A stretch of 64,000 nucleotides of DNA from Malacoraja senta (Eukaryota), in NCBI GenBank assembly GCA_038087875.1, contig CM075988.1, positions 7,318,001 through 7,382,000 on the forward strand, given 5' to 3'. The notes beneath the pieces are model-generated. The model did no database searches. It was given only the letters and a program-made list of their open reading frames with translations, and had not been told where the DNA came from. Both the position numbers and the translations under genes were made by a program. Numbering within the stretch: the first letter of the stretch is position 1; each line of letters begins with the position of its first letter. This document shows positions 23,028 through 34,885 of the stretch, one piece after another.

Positions 23028-23894
23028 GATTTCGTGGGGGGAAGAAAGGAAAAAAGGAAAAAGGCGGAGGAGGAGCCCGAGGGCTGGGGGAGGGGAGGAG
23101 ACAACCAGAGGGCTGATGAAGGGGAGGGGACAGCAAGGGCTAGCAGAATATGGAGAATTCAATGTTCAAGCCCCCAGGATGTAGACTGCCCAAGCGGAAT
23201 ATGAGGTGCATTTCCTCCAATTTACGCTGTTGCTCGCTGTGGCCATGGAGGAGACCCAGGACAGAGAGGTCAGCTACGGAATGGGAGGGGGAGTTGAAGT
23301 GCTGAGCCATCGGGAGCTCAGGTTGGTTATTGCGGACCGACCGGAGGTGCTCGGCGAAACGATCGCCAAGCCTCCGCTTGGTCTCACCGATGTAGATCAG
23401 CTGGCATCTAGCATCTGCTGGCATCTAGAGCAGCGGATGCAATAGATGAGGTTGGAGGAGATGCAGGTGAACCTCTGTCGCACCTGGAACGACTGCTTGG
23501 GTCCTTGAATGGAGTCGAGGGGGGAGGTGAAGGGACAAGTGATGCATCTCTTGCGGTTGCAAGGGAAAGTACCAGGGGAGGGGGTGGTATGGGAGGGAAG
23601 GGAAGAATTGACAAGGGAGTTACGGAGGGAGCGGTCTTTGCGGAAGGCAGACATGGGGGGAGATGGGAAGATGTGGCGAGTGGTGGGGTCACGTTGGAGG
23701 TGGCGAAACTGACGGAGGATCACTTGTTGTATGTGACGGCTGGTGGGGTGAAAGGTGAGGACTAGGGGGACTCTGCCCTTGTTGTGCCCCCTATCAGTCT
23801 GAAGAAGGGTTTCGGCCCGAAACGTTGCCTATTTCCTTCGCTCCATAGATGCTGCTGCACCCGCTGAGTTTCTCCAGCATTTTTGTGTACCTTC
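23028..23894 (-). mobile_element. Penelope-like retroelement fragment (linker + GIY-YIG endonuclease, disrupted) with its 3' terminal repeat in opposite orientation; 13-bp TSD
   Basis: ORFs 23397-23723 and 23140-23424 give 'GTFPCNRKRCITC...FTCISSNLIYCIRCSRC..IYIGETKRRLGDRFAEHLRSV...LHPGGLN'; GCATAGATGATGA at 23015-23027 and 23895-23907. Confidence 0.9.
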
Positions 23895-24539
23895 GCATAG
23901 ATGATGATCTGGCTTTAAGCTGCATTTTAAGAAGAGAGAGATTGGGTGCGTTAGGAGGTGAGATACGATTTAGGCCATCAACAGCTGAAGCTGTTACTGT
24001 TGCTATTTGATGTGAGGCGGGGAGTGGTCGGTGGTGTGGTTCTTTTTCATATGACTGAAAGAGGTTGCAGAGATGGGATTTATAGTAGGTAGATACATAC
24101 TACTGGAGTAACACAGCGGGACAGGCAGCATCTCTGGAGAGGGGAATGGGTATGGATCTTACAATGAAAAGGGATTTAGCTGTCTGCAAATTTGCAGGCT
24201 GTATATTCCAATTTTTATTATTTTCCAAATCCAGTAAGAAATATTTCATTTTTTGGCAAGAGCACATTGGGAAAAGTACTTTTTTTTTTTTTGATCTCTA
24301 GTTCTTCATAGTTATTTTTACATTTTATTTAGAAAAGCATCGTTCTGTTTCTCGAGCTCCAGCTGGAGCGAGAGCCTGATGGCGTTAGGAGAGGTCTGCG
24401 GGAATTTGAAATATGTGCAGAAGTTTCCAGCTTGACACTTTACTAAGAAATGGGGGAAGGATAGGGGCTCCCTGTGCCACGGGTGACATGAATTACAGAA
24501 AACCGGCTTTACGAAAATTCTCCCAAACATTTTGAAAGC

Positions 24540-24624
24540 ATTTATCATGAAATTAATAGTGAGTTTCTCATTAATGACCGGATATAGGTCATTAATGAGA
24601 AACACTATTAATTTCATGATAAAT
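24540..24624. repeat. Near-perfect inverted repeat (38-bp stem, 2-nt bulge, 7-nt loop)
   Basis: ATTTATCATGAAATTAATAGT-GA-GTTTCTCATTAATGACC ggatata GGTCATTAATGAGAAAC-ACTATTAATTTCATGATAAAT. Confidence 0.95.
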
Positions 24625-25533
24625 AGCATATATTCCATTAGTTTAATTTTGAGGGGTTATATTCAATGAAATGAAACTGGAACATTTACAGAAAGTGTAT
24701 GTAGAGCTATAGAAACTGGACGTTTTTGAGAGTGTGGTGACTTTGCATGCTTTTCCTCAAAAGATCTCCAATCATCAGTACAATCGCTCTACTCTTTCAA
24801 ATCTCTTTTTGACCTGTAAATCTATCTATATTCTAAATGTTCCGATTCAACTCTAAGCCATTGCGAAAATTGGACTTTGTCTCTGGATCTGGTGCGCTAC
24901 AATGCTGAGAACTATATTCTGGACTCTATCTTTCTCTTCGCTCTCTCTATTGTATTTGAGTTTGACTTGATTGTATTTGTGTTCAGTATGAAATGATTGC
25001 ATAGCATGGAAAATATAGCTTTCACTGTATCTCGGTACACCTGACAAAGATAAACTTGGAGATAATGGGCTTATGGTCAGTTCTCGGGAATGGAGGCCTC
25101 ATAACCAAGGGACTTCTTATATTGCTCAATGAGGGTGAGAGCTATGAGCAGCGGACATTGGGTCTTCCTCTCTGGATGAACTGGAGTTATGAATTTTCAG
25201 TACTGTTTTTTAATTTTGCCTAATTATATTTTTGAGTAGCATGACTTCAAAGTGTTGTTGACTTTAAGGCTGATCAGTGCTTTCTGCTGATTTGTTGCGT
25301 GACACGTTCAGGTCATCTAACCCAGCTGAAGTACGTGTGGAGATCCCACAGCATTGTTCCCTTATCGCCACATCTAATCATTTCATTAAAGTATTTATTG
25401 CATTTACAACCCACCTGTAAACCCATTCTCTTTGAGCTATTTATTGACCCTCCTAATTTTGGACAACTTTCTACTAGTTGAATCATGCATCTCCTTTATC
25501 ATGCTGTCATAGTTTGTGTTGAAAAAAAAATTG

Positions 25534-25573
<40 letters not shown>

Positions 25574-25606
25574 CCATTTTGGTTTTGCAGTCTTTTTCTT
25601 TTACAA

Positions 25607-26184
25607 GAAACATAGAAACATAGAAAATAGGTGCAGGAGGAGGCCCTTCGAGCCAGCACCGCCATTCATTGTGATCATAGCTGATCGTCCCCAATCAATA
25701 ACCCGTGCCTGCCTTCTCCCCATATCCCTTGATTCCACTAGCCCCCAGAGCTCTATCTAACTCTCTCTTAAATCCATCCAGTGATTTGGCCTCCACTGCC
25801 CTCTGTGGCAGGGAATTCCACAAATTCACAACTCTCTGGGTGAAAAAGTTGTTTCTCACCTCAGTCTTAAATGGCCTCCCCTTTATTCTAAAACTGTGAC
25901 CCTGGTTCTGGACTCGCCCAACATTGGGAACATTTTTCCTGCATCTAGCTTGTCCAGTCCTTTTATCATTTTATATGTTTCTATAAGATTCCCCCTCATC
26001 CTTCTAAACTCCAGTGAATACAAGCCTAGTCTTTTCAATCTCTCCTCATATGACAGTCCCGCCATCCCAGGGATCAATTTCGTGAACCTACGCTGCACTG
26101 CCTCAATCACAAGGATGTCCTTCCTTAAATTAGGAGACGAAAACTGTACACAATACTCCAGATGTGGTCTTACCAGAGCCCTAT
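25607..26184 (-). mobile_element. CR1 LINE 3' fragment
   Basis: 'YRALVRPHLEYCVQF.SPNLRKDILVIEAVQRRFTKLIPG...LYSLEFRRMRGNLIETYK'; (tttctatg)n tail. Confidence 0.95.
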
Positions 26185-26671
26185 AAACCGAGCCACCTCG
26201 GTTTAAGGGGTCAAACCGAGATGTCTCCAGTGTTCTATCTTGTCGACTAAGTTGAAATAACACAGTTGTCTGCTGACTGGACAGTAGAGCTCTCTCTACC
26301 CTTGCCCCATTGACTATGAACAGACTTGGAGCTCAATAAATTGTTCAAGATTAAAACTTCAACATCACTTCCAGTTCAGATGCAGAATAATTTGTCTGTT
26401 TGGTTTGCAGATATGAGAATGCTGTTTAAGAGGCTCTTAGAGAGGGACACGGATGTGCAGGGATTGGAGGAACATGGATTTACATACCGGCAGATGTGAT
26501 TAGTTGACCTTGGAGCATGTTTGGCACAGACATTGTGGGCAGAAGGGCTGTTCCTGTGCTGTACTGTTCTATAGGCGAGTCTATGTGGGCTGAACCACAT
26601 GAATTCAACCTTGAGTGAGGTTCATCAGTGTCCCTTTCCAGTTTTTACATTACTTCATATCTGTTGCCTAC

Positions 26672-26998
26672 CGGCACGGCGGCGCAACAGTGGAGTTGCT
26701 GCCTTGCAGCGTCAGAGACCCGGGTTCGATCCCGACTACGGGTATTGTCTTTACGGAGTTTGTGTGTTCTCCCCCTGACCGCGTTGGTTTTCTCCGAGAT
26801 CTTCATTTTCCTCCCACACTCCAAAGACGTACAGGTTTGTAGGTTAATTGGCTTGGGTTTGTATACTTGGTATAAGTGTAAATCGTCCCTGGTGTGTGTG
26901 GGCTTGTGTTAATGTGCGGGGTTCACTGGTCGGTGAGGACTCGTTGGGCCGAAAGGCCAGTTTCCACGCTGTATCTCTCAACTAAAACGAAACTAAAC
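26672..26998 (+). mobile_element. tRNA-derived SINE (HE1/V-SINE-like)
   Basis: B box GGTTCGATCCC, V-domain-like core, tail. Confidence 0.9.
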
Positions 26999-27465
26999 AT
27001 GTATGAGATCATGAGCTTCCAATTATGAAGCCTTTAATGTGTCTTCTGGACCAGAAACTGGATGGTGATTACTTCAACATTTTTATGGACTAGAGAATCC
27101 TTTCATCTGATCATCTAGAGCAGAACTCTACCAATCCCAGAGATCAAAAGATAGTTTCCAAACCATTTCGCCCAACAAAATGCCTGTAATCCAAATATGG
27201 TAACATATAAATTAAAGATTTTCCTTTTTTAATGCAATTAAATGCAATGTATACAGTGCTCCAATTTGCAATAAAAAGGGAAGTGTAAAGTCTAAATAAA
27301 TAAATAATGAAATAAGCTCTAATTGTAAAAGATTTTTTAAGTCACTTTTATTGAGTTTTAAGAAAAATCTCTTGTTAACTTGCATCGCACTCCAACTGAG
27401 GTTTTCCACAGTGGCCGTGCTATCACTGACTGAAATATTAAGCCAGACATTGGATTTATGAGAAA

Positions 27466-27700
27466 CTAGACTAAGTGGGACCCGTTGGGTCTCTGTCACA
27501 CGGGAGGCCTGGTCCCCCAACGGAATATTCCACCACTCACCCATAGCCCCCAACTGCGCAGGTGTGGCTCATTTCCCCTCATCCCCAGCACTCCCTCCCC
27601 CTCCTCTTCACCCTGCCTCTTCTTTCCCCTCTTCCTTCCCTCCCCAATCCCTCCTTCACCTCTCCCTCTCTCTCCATTCCCCTACCTATAGGGGGAGATG
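27466..27700 (-). mobile_element. Non-autonomous Helitron 3' end (truncated)
   Basis: The minus strand ends GAGACCC-aac-GGGTCCC-acttagt-CTAG|T; the terminus matches that at 38832. Confidence 0.75.
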
Positions 27701-27714
27701 AGGAGTGGGGGACA

Positions 27715-27940
27715 GAAGAAATGGGTGACGTTTCGGGTCGAGACCCTTTTCAGAAGAAGGGTCTCCACCCGAAAACATCACCCGTTCCTTCTCACCAGAG
27801 ATGCTGCCTGTCCCACTGAGTTGCTCCAGCATTTTGTGTCTATCTTCACATCAGTCTGAAGAAGGGTCTCCACCCGAAACGTCACCCATTCCTTCACTCC
27901 ATAGATGCTGCCTCACCCGCTGAGTTTCTCCTACCTTCAG
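27715..27940. mobile_element. Penelope-like terminal repeats: inverted piece plus two tandem + copies
   Basis: Minus copy 27715-27755, + copies ~27752-27846 and 27852-27935; intact hammerhead-like core at 27856-27883. Confidence 0.8.
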
Positions 27941-29040
27941 TTCCAAATGATGCCATTTTCTATAGGTTATCCTGAGGTTCTGAAGAGCAGTGTGGAAATG
28001 CAAATTGCTTTTGTATGTAATGTATCATTGTGATTTATTTTTCAACAATACTTGTGCTGAGTGTGTGACCTCAAGCACAGAAGTGAGATGTCAAACTGGT
28101 GTGGACAGCACCAAGCTGGTGCTGACAATGCTTATTGGAAATGTCAAACTTTAAATGCTCCTTATCTATGTTCTCTGTAGATGCTGCCTGTTACTCCAGC
28201 ACTTAGCATTCTACCAAGATTCCAGCAACTGCAGTTCCCTTCCTCTGCTCTTTACATTTTGTAAATCTTGGTTAATACAGACGTTTTCCCCTAAAGAATG
28301 TAAGTGTGGATTTGGTAAATACAGTTGTTTGAATAAATTTATATGGAGTCTAGATTTTCTTTGTCGAGTTTAACCTGCTGGCGGTTTCAAGGCACGGAAT
28401 CATGCCTTCGTATCCATTCCCTTCCCTTCCCTCATGAATGGAGCTTGCTGCCTAAGAGATATTAGTGAAATTAATTTCCTTATTTGTGTTCCATTTGTCT
28501 TTGTCAATCCATCATGGAAGAGCAGCATTTAGCATTTCATCTACTCGTTCTACATCTATTCATCTTCTCTCTTCTAATTGCCATTTACATGTGTAGCTCT
28601 TGGCCTTGAGCACAAAAGTTTATAAATCCAACTATTACCTCATTGAAGACCCTCGGACAATCTTTATTTGGACTTTACTGGACTTCATCTTGCACTAAGC
28701 GTTATCCCCTTTATCCTGTATCTGTACACTGGATGGCTTGATTGTAATCGTATGGTCTTTTTGCTGACTGGATAGCACGCAACAAATAAGCTTTTCATTG
28801 TACCTCATGCATGTGGCAATCATAAACTAAACTAAACTAGTGGGAAGTGGACCACATGGCACTGGATGGAACAGAGAGACAGGAATAATACGATGGACAC
28901 CTATACAGTGGCTCTTGGGATGATCAGAAGTCATCTATATAGAGGAGGACAAACAACTTCAGTATATTAATGATCCATAACTAATGCCAAGGAATACTCC
29001 AAACTAATTGAAGACCTGTTTTAACATATACATTGATATT

Positions 29041-29230
29041 CAGCATGGAACCAGGCCCTTCGGCCCACTGAATTCATGCCGCCCATCGATCGGCCGTTCT
29101 CACGCGTTCTATGCTATCCCACTTTTTCATCCACTCCTGACACGTTACGGACAATTTAGAGGTTAATAAACCTCCAAACCCACACTTTGGGATGAGGGAG
29201 GAAACTGGAGAAAACCCATTTGGTCATCCG
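29041..29230 (-). mobile_element. HE1/V-SINE-like SINE 3' half
   Basis: Reverse complement of the SINE core and 3' end. Confidence 0.7.
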
Positions 29231-29504
29231 TTCGAGGTCTGGGCTGTCGACAGCCTTCGTAAAATAAGTTGAATTTCCCACATGGCAATAAAAGGATGGG
29301 CATTTTATTGATGGCTGTTTATTTCCAGTGGAGTCAGTACTTGAGTACCTTGAGGTGGCTGCAATATTTTGGACCATATTTTGGAAAATGACTTAAATAC
29401 AAATATTTTCTGTATCCTTGATTGAGCCTTGCCCTCCAGCAGTGTACTGAGGGAGTACTTCTTAATGGTATGCATTCTTGCTGAAGTCAGTGTATAATTC
29501 TGCA

Positions 29505-29730
29505 GAAGGAAACTAAGTGCTGAAGTAACTCAGCTGGCCAAAGGCAGCATCTCTGAAGAACATGGACAGGTGACGTTTCGGGTCAAGAGCCTTTAGTCTG
29601 AAGTAGGATCACAAACCGAAACGTAACCTATCCATGTTCTCCAGAGATGCTGCCCGCCCGCTGAGTTACTTTAGCACTTTGTGTCCCTTTCTGCATTAAC
29701 CAGCATCTACAGGTTTATTTGTCTCTGCAT
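29505..29730. mobile_element. Palindromic pair of Penelope-like terminal repeats
   Basis: aagtgctgaagtaactcagc...ggtgacgtttcgggtc / gtctgaagta...ccgaaacgtaacc...gctgagttactttagcactt. Confidence 0.8.
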
Positions 29731-29884
29731 AATTCTATTATCCTCTGAACTACCAATGCTGGCAAGCCCTTTGACTGAGGCATCAACTTTGAGCTAATTC
29801 TTTCTTTGCCCTCTCTCAGAAGCACAGTCTGATGAGAGAAAACAAAAACAAGTGTTTATCTTGGGTAATTGACTGAATTGCAAA

Positions 29885-30061
29885 GCCATTATTTCCATGG
29901 CAGTCAACAACTTTGTCTGGGGTGGGAGATTGCAACCTTCACGTGGTCCGCCCTGTTTCAACGAATGCAATCAACCTGGCGTGCACAATCAAGTAAGATC
30001 AAATAGAACAAGTTGCCCTACAACTTTAGGCTGTGCATGCCATACGCAAGAAGAAGAAGAA
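29885..30061 (+). mobile_element. Probable non-LTR retrotransposon 3' end with (AAG)n tail
   Basis: Ends 'gccatacgcaagaagaagaagaa'; family not determined. Confidence 0.4.
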
Positions 30062-30847
30062 CAGCTTTGTCCCAAGGAAAACCTTTATTAGAGGTACTGG
30101 GAAACATTCTGTTCTTGCGGGCTATCATCCACTGATAAGATAACACTCGATAGAGACACACAATGCTGGAGTAACTCAGCGGGACAGGCAGCATCTCTGG
30201 AGAGAAGGAATGGGTGATGTTTTGGGTCGAGTACCTTCTTCAGACTGAAAATAACACTGGTGTGTGTTTCAGTTCATACTTCTGACTGCGCCTCTGAAGT
30301 CTGTTGATATTCAGTGCACAGAGCTGGACAGTCTTGGTTCTGTATTGGTGCTTTTTTTTGGCAGGTCTCTTGCATTCCATTAGATAAATATAGAATCTGA
30401 TTCCAACGAGAATGTTTTGGGATATGGGTGAGTGACTTGTATTGTCTACGCTCTGATTTTTCTTTTTGACTTACTGAAATTACCACAGATGAAGACATTG
30501 AAAATGACCAAGGTAATTATTAAATAGCAGTGTCAATTTGGGGGAAGAAAATCAAATGTTTTTGGTTTAAAAGTGGAAGAAGTGAATTATTTATATCATG
30601 TGAGGAACAAAAGCCATTATTTGAACTTCAATTCTGCATCAACACTAACCCCCAAAACAGAGTTCAATAAATCCAGTAATTTTGCTCTCAATCTTTGTCT
30701 TTCTTGTCTGGTTCATGTACCGCCATTGATGTTTCCTGCGTGTTCCACATTACTCGATGTGGCCATATATCATTTATTTCCCTCTCCTCCCAAAGCAATA
30801 TTATTTAGTTGGAGAATCTCATGATCTTATTTAGTTGGAGAATCTCA

Positions 30848-31087
30848 GGAGTGGTGAATCTCTGGAACTCTCTGCCACAGAGGGTAGTCGAGGCCAGTTC
30901 ATTGGCTATATTTAAGAGGGAGCTAGATGTGGCCCTTGTGGCTAAAGGGATCAGAGGGTATGGAGAGAAGGCAGGTACGGGATACTGAGTTGGATGATCA
31001 GCCATGATCATATTGAATGGCGGTGCAGGCTCGAAGGGCCGAATGGCCTACTCCTGCACCTAATTTCTATGTTTCTTTGTTTCTATG
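30848..31087 (+). mobile_element. Young CR1 LINE 3' fragment
   Basis: Nearly identical to 47640-47860; (tttctatg)n tail. Confidence 0.95.
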
Positions 31088-31089
31088 AC

Positions 31090-31360
31090 CTTAGAGACAC
31101 AGCATGGAAGCAGGCCCTTCAGCCCATAGTCCATGCTGACTATCAATCACCCATTCACACTCATTCCATGTAATCCCACTCCCTTGGGGCAATTAACCTG
31201 CAAATGCACACGTCTTTGGGATGTGGGAGGAAACCGGAGCACCTAGAGGAAATCGCAAGGACAGCGTGCAAACTTCCAGACAGGCAACTCCGGAGGATCG
31301 AACCTGGGTACCTGGTGCTGTGAGGCATCAGCTCTACCAGCTGTGCCACACTGCTACCCA
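31090..31360 (-). mobile_element. HE1/V-SINE-like SINE
   Basis: Reverse-complement head (ggatcgaacc B box), core and 3' end. Confidence 0.85.
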
Positions 31361-31524
31361 TCTACAGTGAAGAGATTAATTATCTAGTGAAAAATGGACA
31401 TGGATGGAAAATGGTTCGATGATCGATTTGGCTGTTCTCCCCATTAAGGGATAGGATACATGTCGAGGATGTGTATAATCTAATTCCAATTGTGTGTGTT
31501 ATTTGTCATCTTCCAGAGAAGATC

Positions 31525-31737
31525 AGGTTTAGGTTTTAGTTTTAGAGATACTGTGGAAACAGTCCCTACGGCACAGTCTGCACCGACCAATGACCCCCAC
31601 ACATTAACACTGCCTTCTACACACTAGGGACAATTTTTTACATTCAATTAAACTACAAACATGTACGTCTTTGGAGTGTGGGAGTAAACCGAAGATCTCG
31701 GAGAAAACCCACGCAGTCATGGGAGAACGTACAAACT
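31525..31737 (-). mobile_element. HE1/V-SINE-like SINE, 5'-truncated
   Basis: (tttag)n tail and reverse-complement core. Confidence 0.85.
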
Positions 31738-32280
31738 GCTGGAAGTTGAAGGTGTATTGTAAGCTGGATTTGCTTATCCTGTGTAACAAGATTTGTTTTC
31801 TGTGCACGTTTTCTGAACATTACTTTAAATTTTCCAGATGAAAAAAAAACTCCGCACAAGAGCTTTGGATAGCGAATGTCGGGCATTCGCTACACATTGT
31901 TCTCTCCTGACAGTCCTGCTTTCTTTAGTAGTTGTATGCTGTGGAGCGGTTTGGAACAGCGGAAGGATTGTGCTGTTTCCGGACTCGGCACTGTGGTCCT
32001 AGACTTTAAACAGCTTGGATGCACTGCTGGAGATGAGGAACGTACAGTGGAATATCCAGTATCAGATTCATGCAACTGTGACGTACAGATGTCTACTTTA
32101 AATGAGCAGGATTATATAACATTTCTTCTTTTGGTTGTCACTGTTGAAAGCCATCTTGCATGGATTGTATTGCCTAAACTCCCTGTTTATTTCCCCCACA
32201 AAATGTCTGATCTCTTCTAGAAGGGTATCGAACGAGAATATGAGCTTCACACGAAAGTAATTTCATGAGCGGGCAACAGA

Positions 32281-32470
32281 TGTAGAGACAAAATGCTGGA
32301 GTAACTCAGCGGGTCAGGCAGCATCTCTGGAGAAAAGGAACGGGAGACCCTTCTTCGACCCGAAACGTTACCCTTTTCCCTTTCTCCAGAGATGCTGCCT
32401 GACCTGCTGAGTTACTCTAGCATTTTGTGTCTATCTTTGGAGTAAACCAGAATCTGCTGTTCCATCGTAA
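32281..32470. mobile_element. Palindromic pair of Penelope-like terminal repeats
   Basis: acaaaatgctggagtaactcagcgggtcaggcagcatctctggagaaa / tttctccagagatgctgcctgacctgctgagttactctagcattttgt. Confidence 0.85.
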
Positions 32471-32898
32471 ACAAGATGTAAATGTTGTGAGACATCAATT
32501 GATCCATTCCTGCAGATAATCTGGTCGAGCAACACAAGAATGAGCAACACAAGAATCTGGCCTTGATTTGGTAAATTTCAAGTGACAACTGTAATGATTG
32601 AAAGATACCAACTGGACAGTGAAGTCAATTCAGCAAACTTTTTTCTTTCCTAATTTTGTTTTGTATAAAATCTCGGAGGATTAGTTTAATATATCATCAC
32701 TGTTTACTATCTTAAATTAGTTGATAAAGGAAAGCTAGTGTAGAATCATTAAAGGCAAATCATGTTTGATTTTTTTGACGACGTCAGGAATGTAGTAGAT
32801 GTCATCCATTTAGAATGCTTTGGATAAAAAATACTGCAGCAGGTTGGTTAGCAAGTTGGTTGCTTTCTTTGTGATAGTACATGCTGGTATGGTATACG

Positions 32899-33178
32899 TT
32901 TAGAGATACAGGATGGAAATGGCCCTTTTCGGCCCACAACTACCCGTACACTAGCACTACCCTGCAGACTATGGACAATTTACAATGTTACTGAAGCCAA
33001 TTAACCTACAAACCTGTCCGTCTTTGGTGTATGGGAGGAAACCGGGGCTCCCAGAGATAACTCGCGTGGTGACAGGGAGAACGTACAAATTCTGCACTGA
33101 CAGCACCCGTAGCCAGGATAGAACAGGGATATCTGGCACTGAGGCAGCAGCTCTACCACCGCACCACAGTGGTGCCCC
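32899..33178 (-). mobile_element. HE1/V-SINE-like SINE
   Basis: Reverse-complement full SINE layout. Confidence 0.85.
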
Positions 33179-33419
33179 TAAAACCAGCATCTCTAAAACG
33201 TTAAATGAAATTATTTAGATTGTATCTATGTATGGTACATCTGATCTGTTTGGATAGCAAGCAAAACAAATCTTTTCACTGTACCTCAGTACATGTTAAT
33301 AATAAACTTAACAGAGTTTTCAAGCCACGTGACGTACGTTTACTAAAGGTGCGTTCTGGCACAAAAAACACTAGTTAGCAGAGATGAGGTTCATGGAAAT
33401 AAATGGTCAGTAAGTCTTA

Positions 33420-33990
33420 AATGTAGAAAGCTGATTGCGTGGGCAATGAAATTTAATGTAGTGTGAAATTATGCATTTTGGCAGAAAAACTAAGGAGAGA
33501 TGACATAAACTGAATGGCAAAGTTCTAAGTATACGTAGCAACAGAGGGGCCTGGGTGTGTTTGTTTAGATTCTTGAAATGGGGAGGGCATGTTGAGAGAT
33601 TAAAGCAAATGGGATCATGGGACTGATAAACAGAGACTGGGAATGCAGGAAAGTTGTGTTAAACCAGAATGATTGGAACAACTAAAGCATCATGTTCAAT
33701 TCTGGTCAGTCAACTTTAAGTTTGGGTCCAAGACTGCAGAAAAGATTTTGCAAAAGATTCTGTGGCTGATAAAATATGTTTTGAACTGGAGAAGCTATGG
33801 TTCTCCTTGGAGTGAAAAAAATGGTGTCGAGATTTGATGCGGGGTGTATAAGATCAATTTAAGTTAGCTAAGGTAAAGTAAATACAAATGTTGTTCCCAT
33901 TAGCAGGTGGTGGAAGGTTTAAAAGGGCGCATTTACGATTTTGAGAGAAAAAACTGCAAGGGGATGGTGAAGCATAACTTTTTTTCTGCA
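33420..33990 (+). mobile_element. Old degraded CR1 RT-region remnant
   Basis: Colinear with CR1 'WQMKFN..KC...HFG' (gggcaatgaaatttaatgtag..tgtgaaattatgcattttgg) and 'VQFWS' (gttcaattctggtca). Confidence 0.6.
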
Positions 33991-34654
33991 GAGATCACTT
34001 ATGACTTGAATCTCCTTGCATGAAACAATCGATCAGGAATTTTGGAAGTGATGTGGAGGGTGTTTGGGAGAGAGAGTGATTTGCAGTGCAGGAAGAAAGG
34101 GCAGGAAATGTGACTGGAATTGCTCTCCCTGGTGCTGGCATGGTCTCGATTTGGCCGAGAGTCTGCTTCCTATATGACAATAAAAGATCCTCGTCTCTAG
34201 ATTCAACGCTCGACACATCAACTCCTTCCAAACCCTTCTCCATTCACGTGCTGCACTGTGTGACTTGCACATCTGTTCCCAAGGTGCTTCATTCATTATC
34301 TTGCTGTTTTTAATTTGTGTATCTATAAACCTTAACCCGGCCAACAACTCTCGACTTACTTGCCTAATAAATTACTGTTCTTCCGGTAGTTCAATTGTGA
34401 ATTCATCTCTCGTCACCCATTGCTCTCTAGCATTAAGCCAGACCTTAAGCCTTTCCCTTTCAGCCTTGCTCACTTATTTAAGTCCCTACTTAACAAAATC
34501 AAGCCTCTTTTCAACTTTGTGCATAGTTTTGTGGAACTTGACTCCGCAAAGTGCTTTTATACTTTATAGTTCGGGCTGTTACGTAAATATTGTTCAGTCT
34601 AATTTTCACCCATAAATCATCTGTCAGTATTCTAATGTTCATTGATTTCTGGGA

Positions 34655-34885
34655 TAGACACAAAAAGCTGGAGTAAATCAGCGGGACAGGCAGCATCTCT
34701 GGAGAGAAGGAATGGGTGACGTTTCGGGTCGAGACCCTTCTTCAGACCCTTCTCCAGTCTGAAGAAGGGACTCGACCCGAAACGTCACCCATTCCTTCTC
34801 TCCAGAGATGCTGCCTGTCCCGCTGAGTTACTCCAGCATTTTGTGTCTACGGTTTAAACCAGCATCTGCATTTCCTTCCAACACA
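34655..34885. mobile_element. Near-perfect palindrome of two Penelope-like terminal repeats (93-bp arms, 9-nt spacer)
   Basis: Arms 34655-34747 and 34757-34849 differ at 3 positions by eye; each carries CTGAAGA...GAAACGTC. Confidence 0.9.

Noticed and set aside
25537..25573. Poly-T run as a processed-pseudogene tail
   Set aside because: No adjacent mRNA-like sequence; the neighbouring element is a CR1 with its own tail.
26184..26220. Small palindrome taaaccgag-ccac-ctcggttta at a CR1 5' junction
   Set aside because: Only a 9-bp stem; likely junction filler, too short to interpret.
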